Assembly (NCBI GenBank): GCA_030265395.1
Contig: JARFYF010000053.1
Coordinates: 18,947,619-19,011,520, forward strand
DNA: 63,902 nucleotides
Direction of reading: 5' to 3'
Source of the DNA: Rhina ancylostomus
Taxonomy: Eukaryota
How positions within the stretch are numbered: position 1 is the stretch's first letter; each line of letters opens with the position of its first letter. A model generated the notes under the pieces. The model saw only the letters and a program-made list of their open reading frames with translations, did not search any database and was not told the origin of the DNA. Below are positions 1 to 12,879 of this stretch, one piece after another. The translations under genes were made by a program, and so were the position numbers.

Positions 1-2175
1 CATCCAGCTGCAGCTCCTGTTCCCTGACACTGTAAGGAGCTGCAGCTGGATGCACTAGGTAGCTGGGTGACTGTCAGGACAGGGGAAGTGAATAGACAGT
101 GCAGAATACCCCTATGGCCTTTCCACTCAATAACAAGTATAGCATATTGGGTACTGTTAGTGGAGAGGACTACCTACCAGAGGAAAGCTGCAGCAGTCAG
201 GTCACTGACACTGAGCTTAGCTCAGTAGCTGGGGGAGTAGGGAGAAGAAGAGGATAGCAAAAGTGATGGGGGACTCTATAGTTAAAGGAGAAGACAGGAG
301 ATTCTGCGGACTTGAAAGACACTNNNNNNNNNNAGGGATGTCTCCAATCGGGTCTAGAGCATTAAAAAGGGGGAGGGTGAGCAGCCAGAAGTCATAGTAC
401 ACATTAGTACCAACAACATGGGTAGGACAAAGGATGAGATCCTGAAAAATGCATATGGGGAACTAGGTAGGAAGCTGAAAAGTAATCCTTGGATTGCTGC
501 CTGTGCAAGTAAGAATAGATTGACTTGGTGGATGAATGTGTGGTTGAGAAGTTGGTGCCAGGGACAGGGTTTCAGATTTGTGGATCACTGGGATCCCTTG
601 TGAGGAAGGTATGACCTGTACAAAAGGGATGGGTTACACCTAGATTGGAGGGGGACCAATATCCTTGTGGTAAGGTTTGCTAAAGCTGCTGTGGAGGGTT
701 TAAACTGGTTCGGCTGGGGGCTGGGAACCAGAGTCAGGATGGGGCAGTTGGTGTTCAAGTTGATGCAGTGTAGAGACTGAGGAAGGATAAGCATTTGATT
801 GAGCAAAATTGTAGTCAGTTGGATGGGTTGAAGTGTGTCTATTTTAATGCAAGTAGTCTTACTTCAGTGGTGGGCAAATAATTGGAGAGGATTCTTGGGG
901 ACAGGATTTGAGCATTTGGAGGAATAGTCAGCTTGGCTTTGAGGGGCAGGTCATGCCTCATGAGCCTGATTGAATTCTTTAAGGATATGACAAACCACAT
1001 TGAGGGTAGAACAATGAATGTGGTGGTTATGGACTTTAAGGCATTTGATAAGGTTTCCCATGTTGGGCTCATTGAGAGGAAACTTAGTTGTGTGGATTCT
1101 GAATTGGCTTGTCCATAGAAGGTAGAGGTTGGTAGTAGATGGTGTATTCTGCCTGGAGGTTGGTGGCCAGTGGTGTTCTGCAGGGATCTGTTCTGGGACC
1201 CCTGCTCTTTGTGAATTTTACAAATGACTTGGATGAGGAAGTGGAGGGATGGGTTTGTAAGTTTGTAGATGACACAAAGGCTGGAGGTATTGTGGATAGT
1301 GCAGAAGGTTGTCAAAAAGATATAGACAGGATGCAGAGTTGGGTGGAGAAGTGGCAGATGGAGTTCAATTCGAAAAAATGTGAAATGATTCACTTTGGAA
1401 GATCGAACTTGAAGGCGGATCACAAAGTTAATGGCAGGATTTTGAGCAGTGTGGAGGAACAGAGGGACCTTGGGGTCCAAGTCCATAGATCTCTCAAAGT
1501 TGCCAGGCAAGTTGATAGGGTGGTTAAGAAGACATACAGTATGCTAGCCTTCATTAGTCAAGGGATTGAGTTCAAGAGCCAAGAGGTAATGTTGCAGCTC
1601 TATAAACCTCTGGTTAGAACGCACTTAGAGGACTGTGTTCAATTCTGGTCAAGTCATTAAAGGAAGGATGTTGAAGCTTTAGAGAGAGTACAGAGGAGAT
1701 TTACCAGGATGCAGCTTGGATTAGGGAGCTTGTCTTATGAGAAAAAGTTGAGCAAGTTAGGGCTTTTCTCCTCAGAGTGATGCAAGGTGAGAGGTGACTT
1801 GATAGAAGTGTATAAGGTTATGAGGGGTGTAGATAGAGTGGCAGCCAGCACCTCTTTCCCAGGGTGGCAAGGGCCAATACCAGAGGACCTCAGTTTAAAG
1901 TCAGAGGAGGAAAGTTTAGGGGAGATGTCAGAGGTAGGTTTTTCCACACAGAGAGTGATGGGTGCTTGGAACACACTGCCAGGGATGGTGATAGTGGCTG
2001 AAACAACAGGGGCATTTAAAGGACTCTTAGGTAGGTACATGGATGTAAGAAAAATGGAGGAATATGGGCCGTGTAGGCAGGAAAGGTGAGTTTGATCATG
2101 GAGTAAGTGTTTATATAGGTTGACACAACAATGTGGGCTGAAGGGCACATACTGTGGTCTACTGTTCATCGTTTT
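1..2175 (+). mobile_element. CR1 LINE, decayed and internally deleted (ORF1 SGNH/GDSL esterase remnant, ORF2 RT and 3' tail)
   Basis: ORF1 esterase-like motifs: VMGDSIVKG..RRFCG (~263-310), VHISTNNMG, NVWLRSWCQGQGFRFVDHWD, LYKRDGLHL. The ORF2 start CVYFNA (~834-850) joins directly to RT-proximal TSVVGKILERI. RT motifs SGVLQGSVLGPLLF, KFVDDTK, WQMEFN..KC, YKPLVRTHLEDCVQFW, RGDLIEVYK and WNTLP follow, with frameshifts and stops. Confidence 0.95.
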
Positions 2176-2299
2176 CTATTGCCTCTATCCTGATGTTCAC
2201 TCATCTGTTGCAGAAACCTGATACATCCCTTTGATACCTTGAACCACCACTGCTCCACCTGGCACCATTTGTACTGAGCACATCTAATACTCTACTGAT

Positions 2300-2600
2300 C
2301 GAACTTTGTTACTCATCACTCCTACTCTCAGTAATCTACACTGAGGTCTGGCGTCAGAATACTTTGATTTTAATATTCTCTTCCTAGCCTCAGTCCATCT
2401 CCTTGTGGCCTTGATCCGTTTTATCTCCAGTTCTCCTGTTCTGACTTCTTGCAAATTCCTGATTTTCTTCACCATCAGCAAGCGAGGTCCTAAGCTCTGA
2501 AACCCTCTCTCAAAATCTAACAACCTTGCTCCTGCTCTCTACAATAAGCTCCTTATGTCTTTTTTCTATGACTAAGTTTTTGGCCATCTAACTTCCTATC
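2300..2600 (+). mobile_element. L2 LINE 3' ORF2 fragment
   Basis: Degenerate match to the L2 C-terminal pattern HITP.L..LHWL...DFKIL...LHGLAP.YL, followed by a WNSLP-like segment. Confidence 0.6.
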
Positions 2601-3171
2601 TGGCTCAGTATACTGGAATCTTGAGAAATGTGCTGCCATTGTTCTCTTGGATGTTGATCACTTCGACAGTGACGTTGATTTTAAATTCTTACAAAATAAA
2701 TTGTAAGCTCTTTTTTTGTTTGGTGTGTTTTTTCCCCTCTTTTTTAAATTTAAGATCTTTTCAGTTGAAACATCCCTTGGTTTCTTTGATTAGGTAAACT
2801 CCCCACATACAAAGGGGCAACCTGCTCTCAGGAACCTACAGATGTGCCTTGAACAGGTTACTTGGCGTACATTAGGGTAACTCACAACTTTTCTCCATTA
2901 CTACCACAACATATTCAGTCTCTGCTCAGTGCTTCCTTGCAATGATGTTTTTGAGGTGAAAGGTCCAGCCACATAAACAATGTATCCCTTATTTTGAGTC
3001 AATTTTTCCAAGGATTGCATTTAGGTATAATTAAACATTGAGGATTTGTATTGAAATGAATTTGTGCATTCACACCCTGGCTCACAAAAGACTAGAACTT
3101 CAACATAGCATTCAAAGGAAAGCTAATAAAACATTATTTCTCCAACAGTACAACAAAAGGACAAATTTTAC

Positions 3172-3363
3172 CTTGCAATAAACTTAACAAGGCTTTGGTG
3201 ACAATGATTTATGTTTTCTGCAGCCTGTTTGTTCTTTCCATTTGAAACAATGTGAAAGTGACCCAGACAGGATGGCATTACACTCAAGAGTGGTCAGGAT
3301 GACTCCTACATTTACAGTAACACATCCATTGTTTACAGAGAGCTGGACAAATGCTAAGGAATC
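3172..3363 (-). other. Candidate 192-nt exon (phase-0 frame open for 59 codons, then TAA)
   Basis: Acceptor ttaatttcttttggaacacag| and donor CAAG|gtaaaa on the minus strand. No recognisable protein. Confidence 0.2.
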
Positions 3364-4659
3364 CTGTGTTCCAAAAGAAATTAACAACACAAACAAAATT
3401 AGCCCGCATATGATTCTGGGAATGAGAACTGAGGCTAAGACAGATTTGTTTTATTAACCACATTGATATATAGCTTGATTTTTCAATTACTGATTTTCTC
3501 CCTGTATTATTTTCTTTACTGAAGATGGAATTCCTTGTTGTGGTAAAGTTGTTAGGGTGACAGCTGAGGCACAAACAAAGTAACTCACATGTATCTCACA
3601 CAGGTTGCAGTTACATGACTAATTCTGCAATGGTGTTTACAGTTTATGCTTAAACATGCAGGCTTTGATCTATATGGCTGACAATGCTCTTCTGAACAGA
3701 TATTACTGGATGTGTTTTTTTTCAGTGATTCTCACTAGATAGCAATCGAGATCAGAAACCCCTAATTCTTTTTGTCATCTTTATCTCAGGCTAGTTTGAC
3801 TGCACCCAGTTGAAACGAACATAACTGTTGACGAGAAATCAAACCCTGGAACTTCCTGATCTGGATGACTCATTACCACAGTACCTGGGCACCATGATAT
3901 GAGAAATGTGTACGTTTAAGTCAAAATTCCCCATTTAATAGTGTCATTTGACTATCAATGGTGGATAATCAACAAATGTACCACCTACAGATTTTCTCAA
4001 GAATATTGTGGTTGGATTTAATAGGGACAGTTTTGACAGCAAAGTATATAATACAGACTCCACCTTTCAAGCATATCAGTAAAAATATTATTGTAAAAAC
4101 TGTCATTGCTGTAAACATCAATGACCTTTTCAATATTTTCAATATGACTAGGTTTGCATGGAGAATTTATTAATCTTGCAACCAGAATTCTAGATGACTA
4201 TACTTCTGACCCAACGTTCAGGGTGACTCACTTCTTTGCTTGTCAATTGATTTATTCCTTTTCCTTAATGTAAAACTATTGTATGTCTCCTTCAATCACT
4301 AGAAAGTGATCATTATATCTCCTTCTCCATATGCAAAATTCATCAGGACGTGAACATATCAACCTTGCCTCCATACCATGGTAATTTATGCTTTACTTTG
4401 ATGCATTATGTAAAATTAGAACACCATGTGTTGAGGTGACAATACCACCCCTCAACATATAATCCACCAAATGAACTTTGCCAAATGAACTCCACCAAAA
4501 ATACTTGATATGTGTTTGTCCAATAGGGTAAGAAAAGATTATTTTATATCCATNNNNNNNNNNNNNNNNNNNNNNNNNNNNNNNNNNNNNNNNNNNNNNN
4601 NNNNNNNNNNNNNNNNNNNNNNNNNNNNNNNNNNNNNNNNNNNNNNNNNNNNNTCACAA

Positions 4660-5130
4660 GGTCTGGTTGTCATTGGGTTATTGGTGAGGCCAACACATAT
4701 CGCCCATCCCTAACTGCTCTTGAGAATATCTTGATGGGCAATCTTCTTGACCTGCTCCAGTCATCTTAGCTGAGGTTCTCCTACACTGCTATTGGCTGGG
4801 AATTGACAGTATTTTGACCCACTGACAATAAAAAGGTAGCATTATATTTTGCAGGTAGATGTGTTTCTATGGCCTTCTCCTCTCAGTCTTCTATATTTTG
4901 AGTTTAGGGGTGCTATACAAAGAAGATCTGGTTAGTTGCTGCATATATACTGCTTATATATACTGCTTATATATGCATATATACTGCATATATGTAGTCC
5001 ATATATACTGCTGCTACATTAGACTGGTATTAGTGGGAGTGAATGTTTAGCGTGGTGAATGGGTGCCAAATATTGGGCTGTTTCATCCAAGTTCCTGTCA
5101 AATATCTTGTGTGCTATTCAAGAAACACAG
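4660..5130 (-). mobile_element. Decayed CR1-group LINE 3' fragment with a low-complexity (TA-rich) insertion at ~4940-5012
   Basis: The reverse strand resembles a LINE C-terminus (..NSQPNSSVG.....LEQVKKIAHQDILKSS*). Related pieces occur at ~5520-5830, ~11370-11630 and ~21410-21560. Confidence 0.45.
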
Positions 5131-6049
5131 AGGAATGGAACTGATTTCCAATGTAAGTGTGAGTTAAAGCCTACATTATGGATAGTGGAGTCATCAAATA
5201 ATCACCGCCCTTTTCTTTCTAGGTGATAGACATTTTCTGTGTGCTGCCAGGAAATCATTAAGATATTAAGTTTCTGGTATCTATTTGGTGGATACTGCAC
5301 ACTGTCATCAATTGGTCACTGGCAAACATCAGTAAATACAATCAGAGGTAGCTAGGATGGACATTCAAGGAGGCTTCTTTATTTTTTTAATCATTTAGGA
5401 GCTGAAATCATGAAGGCAGGTAAAATATATCCTACAGAGACTTTGGAACTGTAGGAAACCTCTCACACTTCTGAGTTGTGTTTCGTCACATCATCCCAAA
5501 GGTCTTCCTGCATTGTTCATGGGATGTTGACATCACCAGCAAGGTCAGTATTTAATATCAATCCCTAATTTCAGAGGGCAGTCAAATGTTGTTTCAGAAA
5601 GTGGTTGCAAGCCAACCACTTTAGTGGGTGTGGAGGAATGTGTAAACTATATTAGGTAAAAATGGCAGTGAAAGGGAAGAAGCTGAGTCACGAGGACAAA
5701 TTAGTAACTTCAAGCTCTCCAACACTAGCTTTTTGTTCTTTAATGATTACAAAGATTCTTTAATTTGAATTCCCCAGTGGCAGTGTTAAATTCAAAATCA
5801 TGTCTCCAGATCAAATGTTCAAATCTCTAACCCAATAACAACTGTGCCCCATTCTGTATGAGCCTTCATTCAATGGAATTTGGTCTTTCTCTGAATTGTA
5901 GTGAGATCTGGCACACCCTGACAACAGATCCAGTTGCATTGACTCCAACTTGGAAGCTGAGATATTCAGTTCTTCTTTCATAGGCAGATGAATATCACAG
6001 CGACCTGACATGTGCATGGCCACACTGTGCATCAGTGCCATAAACTCAC

Positions 6050-6064
6050 CTCAGTTTGAGTGGA
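6050..6064 (-). other. Candidate 15-nt microexon TCCACTCAAACTGAG (STQTE in phase 0)
   Basis: Consensus donor GAG|gtgagt. Acceptor tgtttacttgatgccag| has a weak pyrimidine tract but a TGC just upstream of the AG. Length is a multiple of 3. Confidence 0.25.
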
Positions 6065-6849
6065 CTGGCATCAAGTAAACATTGCACAGCAACTGGCATC
6101 ATAGAGTCATAGAATTATACAGCAAGGAAACAGGCTCTTTGGTCTATCTACATACTCTGTATAGTTTGAGTGTAAATGTGTAATACACTCAGAACCACAT
6201 CATTTAACCCAACACATTGCATGAGGCTTACTTTAACATGCAAATCCCAAATTGCAATGGAAATTACAAAGAAATGGAAATCCATCACAAATTTAAATAA
6301 TGCATTCCATGAGTGAAATCCTACCCTCTATTTATAAACGAAAGGATCTAATGTTGTTGTACACATACTCCCATTCTAATACATGGGATTAGTTTTATCA
6401 GCTTGTCAGTCTTGCTGAGGATGTTTGATAAAGCTTTGAGTTTGGAAGCAAGAAGACTCATAACACATGTAAAGGTTTGGGAATTTCCTTCCCTTTATCT
6501 AGTGAAGGAGAGTTCCCAGGTGACAGTGTGCCTCTGCCTAAGTAACAAAATTAGCATGAATGATTGCAGCAAACGCCTTGAAACTATTTGACCCTGAGGA
6601 ATCACACTCCAGTCCAATTTTGTCATGACCCAATGTGCTCACTTACAGGAGGGAGGGATACCCATTATGGGAAGAAATCTTGACAGAACTGTCAGAACAT
6701 TTGAGATCAGTTGTTTTGCCCATGATGTCACCCTGACTGTAGCAAACGGAATCAAATAGAGGATTTTCTTATTTTTGTAGTTCCCCTATGTAGTCCCTCA
6801 GTAAATAAGATGGGAATTTTCTAAAAAATGCCGTCACAAAACTTGAATT

Positions 6850-6985
6850 TGGTTTTTCCAATGTAACAGAGACCACACACTGAGAATTGAATGAAGTACA
6901 CTAAATTAGAAGCAGTGCAAGCAAATCACTGCTTCAGCTGGAAGGAGGGTTTAGGTACCTGGATGGTGGGAAGGGAAGAGGTAAC
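6850..6985 (-). mobile_element. Penelope-like element GIY-YIG fragment
   Basis: The reverse strand translates as TSSLPTIQVPKPSFQLKQ*FACTASNLVYFIQFSVCGLCYIGKTK, a GIY-YIG endonuclease signature. Confidence 0.8.
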
Positions 6986-7270
6986 GTTACGCAGCTAGTA
7001 GAGCTGCTGGCTCACAGCTCCCGTGATTCGGGTTCAATCTTGATCTCTGGCGGTGTCTGTCTGCATTCTCTCAGTAACTGGGTGGGTTTCCCCTGGGTGC
7101 TCTAGTTTTCTTCCACATTTCAAACGCATGCTGGCTGGTAAATTAATTGGACACTGTTAATTGCTCCTAGTGTGACAGTGAGTGGTAAAATCTGGGGGAG
7201 CTAATGGGACAGTGGAGAGAATAAAATAGGATTAATCTGGGACTAGTGTAAATTGGTGCTCAATGGTTGT
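6986..7270 (+). mobile_element. tRNA-derived V-SINE (HE1-like)
   Basis: B-box-like GGTTCAATC, then the V-domain core gtgggtttcccctgggtgctctagttttcttccac. Confidence 0.8.
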
Positions 7271-7969
7271 TGTTTATTGCATCAATGTATTAATTGAAGA
7301 TGCATGAGCATGATGGTTCTGTAACTGGACAAGTAATGCAGGTACCTTTAGACATGATTTTCACATTGTGATATGATGACTCACAATTTAAAAATGATGA
7401 TCAAGCTCAGCTGTGGTGTCAGAAGTGACCAAAGACTTCAGGATGCTGGGAGAGAAGAAATGATGCAGAGTCATTTAAAAAGGAAGTTCAAGACAGGAAG
7501 GCTATGAATTGAAATAGTTGTGTTAAGGGACAGGGAGTCGAGATGTGCCAGTGTGGAAACTGAAAAACGAAGACGATAAAATAAAAGGAACTGGAGGCCT
7601 TTCTGTAAGGCATAATATCGAAAGAAATTACATGATTAAGGTGACGAGCCTTTTCATGGAGCTAGACGAGGACAGAGATTTAAAATCAGTTTTGAGTAGG
7701 CATAGGAAGCAAATATGTTTCAGGAAGGAAGCATGTGTTGATCAATGGAAAGCAAACTGATGGGCTTTTTGGGACAGGACTTTGGCAGCAGGAGTTAAGA
7801 CATGTGGGATTTTAAGAAGAACTAAGCTTGGGAATTCAGTGAGGAAAATTGTCTGACAGTAACACAGCAATAATCTCGGGTTAATATGAGGTAGAAATGG
7901 AACCATGCAATCTTGTAATGGAACAGGTCTTCTAGCTGACCAGTTTATGCAAATTGATAACTTAAAAGT

Positions 7970-8945
7970 AAAACAAGACCTGCAGTTCCTGGAAATCTGA
8001 AATAAAAATAGATAAAACGATGGAAATGCTCAGCAAGTCAGGCAATATTTGTGGAGATCAATAAGCTGGGCTATTTTTACAGGTTGATAATCTCATATCA
8101 GAACAGGTTCATTCAGACACTAAATGGAAAGGCTAATTATCTGCAAGTATTGCGAATGTTGAGTCTTCAGGTCTTTTCCTGCTGAGATGGAAGATGAGTT
8201 GCTGTTTCTTGAGCTTACATTAGGTTTTGTTGAAATAATGGAGAAGGCCAAAGATTGAGAGCTCAGAGTGGAGTGGCATGAAGAATTAAAGTGACAGGCA
8301 ATCGGAAGCATCCATTTACCCTTTCATGAGGAATGGACATGTTCTCCAAAATGGTCAACCAAAACTACATTTGGTCTCTCCAGTGTAGTGGAGAACATTG
8401 GGGCGGCACGGTACATAGCAGTTAGAGCAACGCTATTACAACGCCAGCGATCAGGGTTCGATTCCTGTCACTGTCTGTCAGGAGTTTGTACGTTCTCCCT
8501 TGTCTGCGTGGGTTTCCTCTGGGTGCTCCGGTTTCCTCCCACATTCNNNNNNNNNNNNNNNNNNNNNNNNNNNNNNNNNNNNNNNNNNNNNNNNNNNNNN
8601 NNNNNNNNNNNNNNNNNNNNNNNNNNNNNNNNNNNNNNNNNNNNNNAAAAACGTACAGGTAGGTTAATTTGGAGTTTAAAATGGGCGGCGCGGACTCGTT
8701 GGGCCGGAAGGGCCTGTTACCACACTGTAAATAAAATGTTAAAATTTTTTTTTAATTTAACATGCCTTGAGAACAGAACACAGTACACTAAATTTGAAGA
8801 GGTGCAAGTAAATTGCTGCCTCACCTGGAAGGAGCATTTTGAGGAAAGAAGAGTGGATGCTCATGGAAATAGAAGACTGAACCAGGGAATTGTTGAGGGA
8901 ATGATTCCAATGGAATTCTGAAAGAGGAGGGCAGGGGAAGACATG
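7970..8945 (-). mobile_element. Penelope-like element remnant interrupted by a SINE
   Basis: Reverse-strand GIY-YIG region (NLVYCVLFS, YTGETKCSFG, LPIACHFNSSCHS) plus a terminal repeat with a decayed hammerhead (~8075-8105). Confidence 0.75.
8400..8740 (+). mobile_element. Young V-SINE nested in the Penelope remnant
   Basis: CpG-rich ggggcggcacggt head, GGTTCGATTCC B box, V-domain, and a CR1-like tail gggccggaagggcctgtt. It spans a 100-N gap. Confidence 0.9.
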
Positions 8946-8959
8946 TCTCTCATTTGTCT

Positions 8960-9545
8960 CACACATACATCCATGCTGAATACAATAGGTTCCATATCAT
9001 TATTTCTGTGATGCCTTCCCTTTCTGTTAACTATGGCACCCCTTCACTGTAGTTGACATGGTCCTCAAATGTGTCAGTTCCATTTGTCACTTTGGCTCTC
9101 ATCTGCTTTCTTTCCACCCAGAACAAGAATAGGGTTCCACTTGCCTCCAACTTCCACTCCAGCAGTTTAAGAACTCCTTGGATTCACTGGATCACCCTCT
9201 GAAGCTTCCACCATCTTTTTATTCCCTATTCCCTTTGTTCTCATTCATCTGCTTCTACTTACATCTCTATAGATGCTGCCTGATCAGCTGAGTTCCTCCA
9301 GCATTCTGTGTGTGTCAGTTGCAGTTATAAAGTTTTCACACCTCTCTCTCAGTTAACACTCACACCACCTGTTCATCTACTTTCTCTAGTGTTCCATTCT
9401 CATCCACCCCCATTCCACAAATTAATACATATTTGTTTGCTAACTTTTTCTTGTTCTGATAAAAGGCCATTGATCTGAAACATTAACTTTGTTTTTCTCT
9501 CATGTTGCCTGACTGTTGACGATTTCCAGCATTTTCTGCTTTATA
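8960..9545 (+). mobile_element. Decayed Penelope-like fragments
   Basis: NKNRVPLASNFH motif, a pyrimidine-rich tail, and a hammerhead-like ctgataa...gaaac at ~9456-9486. Confidence 0.6.
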
Positions 9546-11639
9546 TACTCAACAGTGGTTGAGCAGATTGTCTATTTTAAGTCACACAAGCAGAAGACAG
9601 AGACTTGAGCCAGCAGAATTGTATTCATTGTCTGTTGAATGCACTAAATATGAGATGGAATTACATGAAAACATTGAATTCAGTTTATGAAATACAATTA
9701 TATATTGAACCTAATAGAAGTGAATTTCAGAAGCAAATTTTAATGCACATTCATTAACACATCAAGAATTTACTACATACAGTAGAGAATGAAGTTTTAT
9801 CCCCTTGTATATTTGGCATAGTATGAGTTTGTTGGCCTGAGTCTTTCAATGTTAAATTGGGAGAAATTTAAGTAACTTATGATCCAGTGATATGAGTTAT
9901 TTCTTTGCTCTCAATCAAACTGAAAATTCCAAGGTTTTCAGTTCCTTCTAAAACAAAAGTAACAGATTTAGGATGTAGACTTCATGGCTGGGGAATTCAC
10001 ACATTCTGCATTTAAACAAAAGTGATACATTTTCATGGTAACAGAAGTGTGTTAACTGAACAACAACACAAATGAAAATGAGACTTAGAAGAGTACTGGT
10101 ACATGAAAAATGTTTGGTGTGAAACTCCTCCCCGCAATTGTCTCCCATTGGTTTGAGCTGTTATAAGTTATGATGGTCCATTCATGGATCTGATTTCTGC
10201 TTTCATCTCATGATAAAAAATAATCACCTGCTTTTGGTGCACACCCATGTTTGACAACAACAGGTGTCTTTGAGTCATTGCTTCTGCTCATTTTTCCATT
10301 GCACAAAATTTTGTCATGCTCTGACCACTACTGGGGAAACCCCTGCTCATGAATCACATCAGAATCACCAGGGCTTTATTTCACCCAGTACTTTTACAAT
10401 CAAGTCCTTTCCACCATGTCCACAAAGAGTGGAAGCAATTTATTTACCCACAACAGGTTTCACACCTTATTTCCTCAAGCTTTAAACTGAAAATTCTATT
10501 CTTCTTCTGAAGGATAGAAATCCACACTATCTTTTCCATTTTTGGTAATTTTTGAAAAAGATGATTTGCAACCTGGTAGGCAAAAAAAGTATGCCAGCTT
10601 AAAAAAAACAGAAAACCATGAAAGAGAACATACCAGCATTTTAGTCAGTGGCCAATCACACAATTTCATACCACCTTTTAACTGTGCTTGCAATGAATGT
10701 GACAGGATCACATTTTAGTCAAAGGTGACAGTCTGACTAAGGTCACCACAGAAATGCGGTCAGCCCTTTAAAAGCCCCCTCCCTGCATGGACAGTTCCCG
10801 TAATTGGTGGCTGTAAGGTGCCTGATTTCCCTGAAATAACACCACAAAACCTCGGATTCGCTTTACAGATTACACAGATAAATTCTGAATGGAAATTTTC
10901 AGTTCCTGTTTTTTTTGTCCACTTAATTAAAAAAATCCTGAACTTTCAGAGCAGTTTAAAACTTGTTATTTACTTCCCCTCAAACAAGTTATGTCATTGG
11001 AAAAGCTATGTCCAAAAATTGATCATTAATCATTTCTGAGTATATTTCAAATTGTGTGGCCTTTATTATAGCATTGAACTTGAGGCAGCAAAATATTTTG
11101 AGATTTAATTTTGCAGAATAACAATGCACTGTTTGAATATTAAGTTCAAAATATGCTATGTTTACAAGAGGAAAAATGTGAGCCTAGAAAATACAGCTAT
11201 TGCCTTTAACACATTGAGCTAATGCCTCTGTATGGCAGTGTTCTATTCTCCATTTTAACCTATTTAAATTTGACCGTTTAACATCAGCAATTTGCTTTTA
11301 TGTGTATTGGGACTAACGTGGAAGTGGTAAAGCTATAAACAGGAAGCAAGAAGCCACCAACAATGCCAACTTTCATTGTACATCCCTAATTGTTCATGAA
11401 CTGAGAGCCCAGTCTACCATATTGATTGGATGGGAGTCACACCCAGACCAAACCATGTAAAGATAGCTGATTTTCTTCCCTGAAGGAGATCAGTGAACCA
11501 GATGAATCAACAATCCATGAGATCTGTGACTATGACAAAATTTTTCTTCAAACACTGTTTTATTTAAGGACTTGAATTTAAATTCCCCATCTGTAATGAT
11601 GAGATTTGAACTTGTATCTCTGGATTAATTATCCAGAAC

Positions 11640-12180
11640 AGTACATAACAGTACAGCACAGTAACAGGCCCTTTGGCCCACGATGTCTGTGCTGAACATG
11701 ATACTGAATTAAACTAATTCTCTTTTGCCTGTAAATGATCTACATCCCTCTATTCCCTGCATATTCTTGTGTCTAACAGCCTCTTCGGTTGCCACCACTG
11801 TATCTGCTTCCCTATTCCCCCTGACAGCCTGTTCCAGGCACCCACCAGTCTCTAGATAAAAATCTTGCCCCACACATCTCCTTTGAACTTTCCCCCTCTC
11901 ACTTTAAATGCTTGTCCTCTAGTACTTGACATTTTATACTGGGAAAAAGATTATGACTGCCTGTATCTCTTACAATCTTATAAATTTCTATCAGGTTTCC
12001 CCTTAGCCTCCAACATTCCAGAAAAAACAATCCAAATTTGTCCAACCTCTCCTTATAGCTCATACCCTCTAATCCAGGCAGCATCCTGGTAAACCTCTTC
12101 TGCACCCTTTCCAAAGTCTCCACATCTTTTCTGTAATAGGGTGACCAGAATTGTGCACCCTAACCAAAGTTTTATATAAA
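11640..12180 (-). mobile_element. CR1 LINE 3' fragment
   Basis: ORF 11899..12123: LERVQKRFTRMLPGLEGMSYKERLDKFGLFFLE..RLRGNLIEIYKI. Confidence 0.92.
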
Positions 12181-12402
12181 ATATACATCTGATTACTTTT
12201 TAGTCTTCAATTCTGAAATATGAGCAAGGAAACAGCTCCTGAAAAGCCTGTTGTGATTTTTCAGCAGTTTTTGTTTTATCACGACAATTTCTCCCAGTGT
12301 TTACATTAACTAAGCAGGTGAAGAATATTTCTCTCTATTCACAACAGGACAGCACATCTCAGAAATGGAAAGAGGCTTAGAATTCACAAGATCATGACTT
12401 AC

Positions 12403-12414
12403 CTTGTTCATCAC
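12403..12414 (-). other. Candidate 12-nt microexon GTGATGAACAAG (VMNK in phase 0, or xDEQ in phase 1)
   Basis: Long pyrimidine-rich acceptor ttcctttttcaattaccacaattctttaattttctag| and consensus donor AAG|gtaagt. It preserves frame and lies in non-repetitive sequence. Confidence 0.45.
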
Positions 12415-12879
12415 CTAGAAAATTAAAGAATTGTGGTAATTGAAAAAGGAACATGCTTATGTCCTGGGGAATGCACTTTGTCTGAGATAGCATATGTTGC
12501 ATGGGTAATTACAAGGAGCAATAAAATTACTTAATCGAGTGGCAGCAGGGCAGTGAGGTTGTGCAGATATGATTAGCATCAGTAAAAGTAGATAAAAGTG
12601 CTGACCAATTGATGTCTTGATTTGTTCCTATCTATCAAGTTTGTGGTCTTGTGATGACTTTCCCTTCAACTCCTGCATTGCCACTTCCAGATTCCCAAAA
12701 CGATCTGCCCTTGGCCAGCTGACCCACTTTTTACCAACTACATGCTACTACCCAGTGGCATGATCCAAAAATATTTTAGCTTCCACAGCTCCCAGCTCGA
12801 TCTCATCATCATCCCTCTCAAGTCATTTGCCACCTCTGACGTCTTGCCTCTTGTCCAGTTGTAGATTCAGATTGGTCAG

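Noticed and set aside
839-1510. 223-aa minus-strand ORF and similar long ORFs (1735-2169, 49838-50278)
   Set aside because: They are antisense or low-complexity shadows of CR1 and Penelope sequence, not independent genes.
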